Of a DNA stretch of 64,000 bases, positions 63,400 to 64,000 are shown in pieces; within the stretch, counting starts at the first letter, position 1; every line of letters begins with the position of its first letter. The stretch is from Octopus sinensis (Eukaryota), in the NCBI RefSeq assembly GCF_006345805.1, contig NW_021832839.1:1-64000 (forward strand). Reading direction: 5' to 3'. The notes under the pieces were generated by a model, which searched no databases, was not told the origin of the DNA, and worked only from the letters and a program-made list of their open reading frames with translations. Position numbers and translations under genes: made by a program.

Positions 63400-64000
63400 T
63401 GCTGGTCGTCGCTTCCCTTCCCCAGACAAGTAGTGTTCACACACCTGCTTCCGATTTGACAAATTTTGTTGTCTTACTAATGCACTCGTCTAACCAAAAC
63501 TTTTATTTAAAGTACGACTCAGAAACAGTTTTATTGCTTTTGGGGTGACCAGAGTTGTGAAGTATCATTTTGAACATTTTATCAACGTATAGTTTGTTAT
63601 TGTTGTAGTACTCCTCTCTGCTTTTTGCAGTGTCACTACAATTACTCACAGACATACATCTGCTGGGTGATGTCACGCACTTTATTTCCCTGTTTTCTGC
63701 TATGTTTCAACTCGTCTCTCAATTCGCGTATTTTCTGACGAATTTTCATTTGGCTCTCCTCATTGTCCGACTCTAACTCCGCCATTTTGGATGCCAGCCG
63801 GTCTCTTTCCTTCCTGGTCCTGATTTCGTCTTCTCGTAAACTATTGAGTTTCTTTCTGTGCCACATTTGAGAGCGTTGGATTGCATTCTATTTATGCCCG
63901 TATCCATGGAATATACCACACCACTATTCTTGGTTGACTGGTTATTTTATTGGTCATTAATCATGTGCTTGATCAAGTGAGGACAGAGGTTGGCTTCCGC
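63400..64000 (-). CDS. 3' part of a coiled-coil protein gene starting beyond the window
   Basis: Heptad-rich exon LNSLREDEIRTRKERDRLASKMAELESDNEESQMKIRQKIRELRDEL followed by a short GT-AG intron. Confidence 0.45.

Overview
Eukaryotic (metazoan-type) nuclear DNA from a very compact genome. No CRISPR, rRNA or tRNA was found. About 25 recognisable genes are broken by ultra-short spliceosomal introns, mostly 21-29 nt. These are GT-AG (one GC-AG) with no extended donor consensus, so most ORF-track entries are exon fragments or antisense noise. Genes read by manual splicing: OGA, NTHL1, DPH1, FIG4, an NK2 homeobox gene, V-ATPase d, a bZIP, ATG8, PS synthase, a NACHT-WD40 protein, an ENT transporter, SLC25A32, STAG, a ZIP transporter and an EF-hand gene (two copies each), an atypical Rho, BROX, RTF2, a WD40 protein, cramped-like and an AAK1-type kinase. 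Gene clusters have 40-150 bp spacers and alternate with AT-rich transposon debris: LINE, REL-type non-LTR, pogo, Tc1, hAT, MULE and Helitron. The micro-introns plus an NK2 homeobox suggest a reduced parasitic animal (dicyemid-, orthonectid- or myxozoan-like); this is inference only. Most notable features: (1) the micro-intron system; (2) a ~2 kb inverted duplication of ZIP+EF-hand bracketing 14 kb; (3) a retroelement in the cramped/kinase head-to-head promoter, flanked by a ~70 bp duplication that regenerates the kinase start; (4) recurrent 50-70 bp direct repeats around TE fragments; (5) two adjacent satellite-bearing Helitrons; (6) a Rho GTPase lacking G12, T35 and Q61. Exon boundaries were inferred by eye and need RNA-seq.
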